DNA of 64,000 bases, from NCBI GenBank assembly GCA_000092065.1, contig CP000601.1; one strand, written 5' to 3'. The stretch is from Ostreococcus lucimarinus (taxonomy: Eukaryota). Position numbers and translations under genes: made by a program. Below, piece after piece: positions 58,811 to 64,000 of the stretch. Numbering within the stretch: the first letter of the stretch is position 1; every line of letters begins with the position of its first letter. Under the pieces are notes generated by a model. That model saw nothing but the letters and a program-made list of their open reading frames with translations, had not been told where the DNA came from and did no database searches.

Positions 58811-61414
58811 ATGCGAGGCGGACGACGCGACGCGATGCGCGCGCTCGCGCGACGATGCGCGGGCGCGACGACGGGCGCGACGACGGGCGCGACGACGACG
58901 ACGACGACGACGACGACGGCGCGGCGGTTACCGCGCGCGCGCGAGCGACGGGTCGAGCGGGACGCGGGACGCCGCGCGCTGGCGACGCGGGCGGCGCGGG
59001 ACGTCGAACTGACGTGCGCCGCGTTCGCGGTGTGGGGGGCGAACACCGCGGTCGGGAAGACGCTGGTGTCGGGAGGACTGGCGCGCGCGGCGCGGAGCGC
59101 GGAGGCGGGGACGCTCTTCGTGAAACCCGTGCAGACGGGATTCCCAGAAGATTCAGACGCCGCGTTCGTGGCGCGCGTGAGCGGTGGCGTGGAGAGCATG
59201 GGCGAACACGCGGCGGTGGCGGCGGGAGAAACGGCGAGGAAAGGATTAGAGGGCGATCGAGGGGCGTGGGCGCACACCGAGTTTGCGTGGCGACGCCCCG
59301 CGGGGCCGCACGTGAGCGCGGCGGAGGAGGGGAGAGGCGTTTTAGACGATGACATCGTGCGAGCGACGTCGAGATATTTGAGAGAATTCGCGGAAAAAAT
59401 GCGAGCGAACGAATCGGGGCAGCAGCGAGCGTTGGCGCTCGTCGAAACCGCGGGAGGGGTGGCGAGTCCGGGGCCGTCGGGAACGCTGCAATGCGAGCTT
59501 TTGCGCGGGCTACGATTGCCAGCCATACTCGTGGGTGACGGGCGTTTGGGCGGGATATCTGCCACCACGGCCGCGTACGAATCACTGCACGCGAGAGGGT
59601 ACGACATCGTCGCCATCGTCATGGCGGACGATGATGGTTTGGCCAATCACAAAGCCATGGCAAAGATTTTGCCGAGCGAAACCCGCGTCTGGGCGCTTCC
59701 GCCTCTGCCCCCAGAAGGACAAGCGGACGCTTGGCTCGAAGACTCAAAGCACACGTTCGACGATTTACTGAAATACATCACAAAATGGCACGACGATCGC
59801 ATCAAAACTCTGCAAAGTCTTCCAGACGAGGCTCTGACGAAGATTTGGTGGCCGTTTACGCAGCACGCGATGGTGGAGCGCGACGCCGTCACGGTGATCG
59901 ATGGGAGATATGGTGAAGATTTCGCAATCTACGCCCAAAACACGCACTCATCGAAAGATGGCTCCATAGTACTTCGCTTTGATGGTTCAGCGAGTTGGTG
60001 GACGCAAGGTTTGAGTCCAGAATTGCAGCAAGAGTTGGTTCGCACCGCGACGCATGCGGCGGGACGATTCGGGCACGCGATGTTTCCAGAAAACGTGCAC
60101 CAGCCCGCCGTGGACGCGACGACGGCATTATTAGAAGGACCTGGGAAAGGTTGGGCAGCTAGAGCATTTTATTCCGACAACGGATCGACTGCGACAGAGG
60201 TTGGGTTGAAAATGGCTTTTCGCAAGTTTTACGTCGACGCAGGCTTTGTGTCTAAAGACGGCAATCAGAGAGCGAAAGATCTCGTCAACAAAGGAGCCGA
60301 TGACTTACCTCCGCTGCGAATAATAGCATTGGATGGTTCGTATCACGGTGATACTCTCGGTGCGATGGATATGCAATCACCGAGCGTTTTTACGGGTCCA
60401 ATGCAAACGCCCTGGTACCAACCTCGCGGACTGTTCCTTCAGCCTCCGAGTTTAGCGATCAGAGAAGGACGTTGGAACGTGGCGTTGCCGCGTGATGGAT
60501 TATTGAACGACGGCGATCGACTCTTCCGCGAAGGCAAAGATGTGGATGAGAACACCAGTTGGACTAGCAAGGAGGCGGCTTTCAACATCGCTGCGCGTCT
60601 CGACAGCCCGCTCGCAAAAGAATACAAAATTGCGATCGACAAAGTCTTAGAACGCGCCGCGAAAGACGCCAAGGATAATAACATGGGTCACGTCGGGGCT
60701 TTAATCATGGAACCCGTGCTTCACGGTGCAGGTGGGATGGTTTTGATTGATCCGTTGTTTCAAAACATTCTCATGAAGTCGTGCCGCGAGCGAAAGATTC
60801 CAGTCGTCTTGGACGAGGTATTTGCTGGCATTTGGCGATTAGGCACGGAAGGTGCGTGGGAAATCATAGGCGAAAAACCCGATATTTCGTGCTACGCAAA
60901 ACTTCTCACTGGTGGGCTCATTCCCATGTCAGCCACGCTCGCGACGGCGGATGTCTTCGACGCTTTTTACGGCCCTGGAAAAGCCCAGGGCTTGTTACAC
61001 GGGCACTCGTACACGGCATACCCCATGGGATGCGCCGTGGCGGCGAAAGCGCTTTCTATGTACAAAGACCCCGCGAAAAATCGCAACGTGATCGTCTCAA
61101 AGTCTTCGAGTACGGGCGAGCCTACGTCGGTGCTTCGCGAGCTCTGGGACGAGGACGCGTTGAAGAAAATTTCCACTTTGAGCAACGTTCGCCGAGTCAT
61201 CGGTCAGGGTTGTGTCCTCGCCGTCGAGCTCGAGGTCGAAGGTGAAGGTGGTTATAGCTCCAACGCCGCTCGAGACGTCGTCATGCGTCTTCTTCCCCAC
61301 TCCATCCAAGCGCGTCCTCTGGGTAACGTCGTCTACCTCATGTGCGCGCCGACGACGTCCAAAGACGCGTGCGACGTCCTCTTGAGCGCGCTCGCGACAG
61401 AGCTCGCGGCGTGA
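58811..61414 (+). CDS. BIO3-BIO1: Bifunctional dethiobiotin synthetase / 7,8-diaminopelargonate aminotransferase (BIO3-BIO1 fusion) with mitochondrial-type presequence
   Basis: The N-terminal BioD domain has the P-loop VWGANTAVGKT and VKPVQTG. The C-terminal class III aminotransferase has DEVFAGIWRLGTEGAWE and the PLP Lys in CYAKLLTGG. The track ORF starts at 58445, antisense to CSN7. The internal ATG at 58811 (MRGGRRDAMRALARR) was confirmed. Confidence 0.85.
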   Translation: MRGGRRDAMRALARRCAGATTGATTGATTTTTTTTTARRLPRARERRVERDAGRRALATRAARDVELTCAAFAVWGANTAVGKTLVSGGLARAARSAEAGTLFVKPVQTGFPEDSDAAFVARVSGGVESMGEHAAVAAGETARKGLEGDRGAWAHTEFAWRRPAGPHVSAAEEGRGVLDDDIVRATSRYLREFAEKMRANESGQQRALALVETAGGVASPGPSGTLQCELLRGLRLPAILVGDGRLGGISATTAAYESLHARGYDIVAIVMADDDGLANHKAMAKILPSETRVWALPPLPPEGQADAWLEDSKHTFDDLLKYITKWHDDRIKTLQSLPDEALTKIWWPFTQHAMVERDAVTVIDGRYGEDFAIYAQNTHSSKDGSIVLRFDGSASWWTQGLSPELQQELVRTATHAAGRFGHAMFPENVHQPAVDATTALLEGPGKGWAARAFYSDNGSTATEVGLKMAFRKFYVDAGFVSKDGNQRAKDLVNKGADDLPPLRIIALDGSYHGDTLGAMDMQSPSVFTGPMQTPWYQPRGLFLQPPSLAIREGRWNVALPRDGLLNDGDRLFREGKDVDENTSWTSKEAAFNIAARLDSPLAKEYKIAIDKVLERAAKDAKDNNMGHVGALIMEPVLHGAGGMVLIDPLFQNILMKSCRERKIPVVLDEVFAGIWRLGTEGAWEIIGEKPDISCYAKLLTGGLIPMSATLATADVFDAFYGPGKAQGLLHGHSYTAYPMGCAVAAKALSMYKDPAKNRNVIVSKSSSTGEPTSVLRELWDEDALKKISTLSNVRRVIGQGCVLAVELEVEGEGGYSSNAARDVVMRLLPHSIQARPLGNVVYLMCAPTTSKDACDVLLSALATELAA
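58861..58917. repeat. Three copies of a 12-mer (GGGCGCGACGAC) followed by a (GAC)n run, inside the BIO3-BIO1 presequence coding region
   Basis: Read directly from the sequence. It encodes the GATTGATTGATTTTTTTTT stretch. Confidence 0.7.
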
Positions 61415-61656
61415 TGTAACATTATACTATTTTTGTGTTGTCATCGCGTCGTTTTCGCTCCACTCTCTCCCCCCTCGACGACTTCATCGCGTCGTTTGTC
61501 GAGCACAGTCTCTAAAATCTCGTCCCGGTGCCGAGCGCGGTTCGCGAACCTCGACCGACGTCCCATCGCGAGGTCGTTAAAAATAATCGCGATCGGATTG
61601 CGGCGCGTGTTCGTCGTCATAACGCGTCGTCGTGCGTCGTCAGACTCGCCGTCGAC

Positions 61657-63420
61657 ATGGCTGATCAAGTCATCGTCATCGGCGGTGGTCTCGCGGGCCT
61701 GTCCGCGGCGCACACCGTCATCGAACACGGCGCGCGCGTCGTGTTGCTCGACAAATGTTCCTTCCTGGGCGGGAACAGCACGAAGGCGACGAGTGGGATT
61801 AACGGAGCGTTGACGAAGACGCAGGCGCGGTTGAACATTCCCGACAGCGCTGATAAGTTTGAAGATGATATCATCAAGGGCGCGGCGGGCGTCGGGCACA
61901 CCGAAGCGCCGGCACACACGGTGCCGCTCGCAAAGGTGCTGGCGCAAGGAAGCGGTTCGAGCGTGGATTGGTTGATGGAAAAGTTTAACCTTGACTTGTC
62001 CCTCGTCGCGCAGCTCGGTGGGCACTCGTTCCCGCGAACGCATCGAGGCAAAGAGCGGTTCCCAGGGTTCACGATCACGTACGCCCTGATGGAGGGGTTG
62101 GAGAAGATTATGGAGGAGACGAATGGGGAAATTGCGCGAATCGTGACCAAAGCCGAGGCAAAGCGGTTGCTAAAGGACGGAAGTGGTACCGTGATCGGGG
62201 TGGAATACGAGAAGGGTGGCGCTTTACATCAAGAGTACGGTCCAGTCGTCATCGCTACCGGTGGTTTCGGTGCGGATTACCAGTCAGACTCGTTGTTGAA
62301 AAAGTACCGACCCGACTTGCAGGCGCTGCCGACGACGAACGGTGACCACTGCACGGGGGATGGAATCAAGATGGCCTTGGCCGTCGGAGCGGATACGATC
62401 GATATGGAGTCTGTGCAAGTGCATCCTACCGGATTAGTCAACCCTTCAGAGCCAGATTCCAAGGTGAAGTTCTTAGCCGCCGAGGCGCTTCGAGGCGTCG
62501 GAGGCATCCTCCTGGACGCAGACGGGAACAGATTCGCCGATGAGCTCGGTCGACGAGACTACGTCAGTGGTGAAATGAACAGAAACAAAGGGCCTTTCCG
62601 TTTGATTCTGAACGGCAAGGCTTCAAAGGAGATCGAATGGCACTGCAAGCATTACGTCGGGCGAGGCATCATGAAGCGTCACGATACGGGTGCCGAAGTT
62701 GCAAAAGAAATGGGCATCAGTCCACAAAAGCTCGCCGACACCTTTGCCAAGTACAACGAAGCCGCTCGAACGAAGAAGTGTCCGTTCGGTAAAAAGTTTT
62801 TCACCAACGCTCCGTTCGAAATGAATGATTTCTTTCACTCCGCCATCGTGTGCACCGTCGTGCACTACACCATGGGTGGACTCGCCATCAACACTGATTC
62901 GCAAATCGTCGGGTCGTCAGGACCGATTCCTGGTTTATACGGTGCGGGCGAGGTCGTTGGGGGTATTCACGGCCGTAACCGACTCGGTGGTAACTCTCTG
63001 TTGGATTGCGTCGTCTTTGGTCGCGTCGCGGGTGCCTCAGTTTCTCGACACCTCATGGCGACGGCTATCAAGGCGCTTAGATCTGGTCAATCCGTCGCTC
63101 TTAATCGCGTCGCTAACTTGAACGACAAGATCAACCCATCCATGAGCACGGCGTCCGCCGCGCCAGTGTCTAGCGGTGGCGGTGCTCGCGCTATCACCAT
63201 GGATGAAATCGCGAAGCACAACTCCGAGGGCGACCTCTGGGTCATCATCGAGGGCGCCGTTTACGATCTCACGACTTTCTTGCCCGATCATCCAGGTGGA
63301 AAGAAAGCGATCATGCTCTTCGCCGGAAAGGATGCCACTGAAGAGTTCAACATGCTCCACCCTCCGAACGTCTTGAAGAAATATCTCTCTCCAGACGCGA
63401 AGATTGGAACCGTCGCGTGA
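61657..63420 (+). CDS. Soluble FAD-dependent fumarate reductase (flavocytochrome, Osm1/Frd-like) fused to a C-terminal cytochrome b5 domain
   Basis: The FAD-binding motif reads QVIVIGGGLAGLSAAHTVIEHGARVVLLDK. A succinate-DH/fumarate-reductase flavoprotein fold follows (HYTMGGL, GLYGAGEVVGGIHGRNRLGGNSL). The C-terminal cyt b5 heme motif reads DLWVIIEGAVYDLTTFLPDHPGGKKAIMLFAGKDATEEF. The track start is GTG 61528, and the ATG at 61657 was confirmed. Confidence 0.8.
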   Translation: MADQVIVIGGGLAGLSAAHTVIEHGARVVLLDKCSFLGGNSTKATSGINGALTKTQARLNIPDSADKFEDDIIKGAAGVGHTEAPAHTVPLAKVLAQGSGSSVDWLMEKFNLDLSLVAQLGGHSFPRTHRGKERFPGFTITYALMEGLEKIMEETNGEIARIVTKAEAKRLLKDGSGTVIGVEYEKGGALHQEYGPVVIATGGFGADYQSDSLLKKYRPDLQALPTTNGDHCTGDGIKMALAVGADTIDMESVQVHPTGLVNPSEPDSKVKFLAAEALRGVGGILLDADGNRFADELGRRDYVSGEMNRNKGPFRLILNGKASKEIEWHCKHYVGRGIMKRHDTGAEVAKEMGISPQKLADTFAKYNEAARTKKCPFGKKFFTNAPFEMNDFFHSAIVCTVVHYTMGGLAINTDSQIVGSSGPIPGLYGAGEVVGGIHGRNRLGGNSLLDCVVFGRVAGASVSRHLMATAIKALRSGQSVALNRVANLNDKINPSMSTASAAPVSSGGGARAITMDEIAKHNSEGDLWVIIEGAVYDLTTFLPDHPGGKKAIMLFAGKDATEEFNMLHPPNVLKKYLSPDAKIGTVA

Positions 63421-63632
63421 TTTGACACGTAACTCGGTCGCCTTAAAACTCGCATCTTGCGCTTATAACAACACTCCATTTACTGTACGTACATCACGGT
63501 TCGATAGCGGTTTTGTCAAATAAAATTCGGACTCACTTTCACGTTATCATTAGCGTGCGTTAAGTTTACAATAACTACTAATTGAAGCGCGTTGCAGATG
63601 TATACTTGATGGGTGCCCGCGCGCGCGGGCAT

Positions 63633-64000
63633 CTACACTTGAGGTCGCGTTTGAACGATGTAGAGCTGCCCATCTTCAGATATCGCGCCCTCAATGTCTT
63701 GAGGAGACCCACAAAGTGTCTCAATCTCTAGTGCAACCTTGGAGATGGTCGCTAAAAGCTTTTGTCGCTTGGTTTCGTCCGTAATGAGGCTGTCGGTGGA
63801 GTAGTCGACGTTTTTCAACGTTGCCTCCTCCATGGTGATGCTATCGTACAAGCCCGCACCGGCGAACCCTTCCAGGTCTTCGCCGTTACTATCGGATCGG
63901 AAAATAAGTGAATCTTGCTCCATGAAAAGTCCTTTTGACTTCGAAGGGAACCCGACGACGGTCGGATTATCCAAATTGCTCTTGGATGTCTTGAATGACA
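63633..64000 (-). CDS. C-terminal end of an alpha-glucan/phosphoglucan water dikinase (GWD/PWD-like, PEP-utilising enzyme family); the gene continues beyond the window
   Basis: The terminal ...GSPQDIEGAISEDGQLYIVQTRPQV* matches the conserved GWD C-terminus (QDIEGV..DGK.YVVQTRPQM). The ORF is open to the window edge. Confidence 0.55.
   Translation of the reverse strand, partial: SFKTSKSNLDNPTVVGFPSKSKGLFMEQDSLIFRSDSNGEDLEGFAGAGLYDSITMEEATLKNVDYSTDSLITDETKRQKLLATISKVALEIETLCGSPQDIEGAISEDGQLYIVQTRPQV

Noticed and set aside
1-64000. Prokaryotic interpretation (operons, RBS, a CRISPR/defence island)
   Set aside because: The genes are eukaryotic-specific (eIF1A, RACK1, ADA2, Vps36, CSN7, Brf1, SNARE). 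Spliceosomal introns with GT...AG boundaries are present. No direct-repeat/spacer arrays, no integrase or transposase, and no rRNA/tRNA-like sequence were seen.

Overview
This is a GC-rich (~65%), very gene-dense stretch of eukaryotic nuclear DNA. It is not prokaryotic: there are no operons, spliceosomal introns are present, and the genes are mostly single-exon and arranged head-to-head or tail-to-tail with intergenic spacers of roughly 50-450 bp. I recognise about 39 protein-coding genes from motifs. They include a Ser/Thr kinase, a pfkB-kinase/sugar-isomerase fusion, RNase P Rpp29, an acyl-CoA dehydrogenase, a TOC1-like pseudo-response regulator with a CCT motif, an NSUN2-type RNA m5C methyltransferase and an ENT nucleoside transporter. 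Others are an LMBR1-like membrane protein, PurM, UDP-glucose 6-dehydrogenase, a class II CPD photolyase, a P5A-type ATPase, Brf1 and a DCAF8-like WD40 protein. The window also holds a Vti1 SNARE, eIF1A, Vps36, AsnRS with a WHEP insert, FPGS, a Stay-Green (SGR) Mg-dechelatase homolog, a cytochrome-b5-fused front-end (delta4-type) desaturase, ADA2, RACK1, CSN7, BIO3-BIO1, a fumarate reductase-cytochrome b5 fusion and the C-terminus of a glucan water dikinase. The plastid and green-lineage content (SGR, GWD, the delta4 desaturase, DUF3007, TOC1/CCT, class II photolyase), the compactness and the GC level suggest a prasinophyte green alga (Mamiellophyceae, Micromonas-like); that is inference, not a database hit. 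The ORF track uses alternative starts (GTG/TTG shown as M), so many ORFs begin upstream of the real ATG. The high GC also produces long Arg/Ala-rich antisense ORFs, which I rejected. I found at least three short introns with a GTGCGT donor that the ORF track cannot see (UGDH, a DUF3007-like gene, RACK1), and a 4-5 exon gene in an unusual local low-GC patch. I saw no rRNA, tRNA, CRISPR array or transposon. Coordinates taken from the ORF track are reliable; those I read directly from the sequence (introns, repeats) may be off by a few nucleotides.
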